Made by a program: the position numbers and the translations under genes. The notes below the pieces were generated by a model. The model ran no database searches, had not been told where the DNA came from, and saw only the letters and a list, made by a program, of their open reading frames with translations. This document shows positions 63,620 to 64,000 of a stretch of DNA of 64,000 nt, piece by piece. The stretch's first letter is position 1. Each line of letters begins with the position of its first letter. The stretch is from Eledone cirrhosa (Eukaryota): assembly GCA_964016885.1 (NCBI GenBank), contig OZ024757.1, positions 29,884,001 through 29,948,000 on the forward strand, written 5' to 3'.

Positions 63620-64000
63620 ATTAAATATATATATATATATAAATACGATTGTATATATATATATATTATATATATATATGATTAAATATATATATATATA
63701 TAAATACGATTGTATATATATATATATTATATATATATATGATTAAATATATATATAAATATATATATACGATTGTATATATATATATTATATATATATA
63801 TGATTAAATATATATATATATATATATATGATTAAATATATATATATATGATTATATATATATATATGATTATATATATATATATGATTATATATATATT
63901 TATGTATATATATATATATTTATGTATATATATATATATTTATGTATATATATATATATTTATGTATATATATATATTTATGTATATATATATATATATT

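Overview
Eukaryotic, extremely AT- and microsatellite-rich intergenic/intronic DNA. Repeat content and SINE style suggest a cephalopod, probably Octopus (inference). No host gene is supportable: nearly all listed ORFs are translated (TA)n/(TACA)n tracts. Real content: (1) a 5'-truncated, disabled Tx1/L1-clade LINE (~54.76-57.82 kb) plus 3' fragments of Tx1, R4/Dong and RTE LINEs; (2) more than 20 tRNA-headed SINE copies or fragments with a MetaSINE-like core; (3) small Tc1/mariner MITEs; (4) a 4-unit ~1.2-1.36 kb higher-order satellite built on a GTTAGCTAAC palindrome; (5) a 200-N gap. The most interesting signal is several families of short non-coding elements inserted in (TA)n that carry minimal type I hammerhead ribozyme folds, as Penelope-like element pLTRs do. 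Several have non-canonical cores repeated across copies (U3-A8 swap, U4A, extra G after A9). These elements repeatedly integrate as double-ended, head-to-head pairs of 3' ends. Two head-to-head junctions join different retroelement families. All folds were read by eye and no activity is demonstrated.
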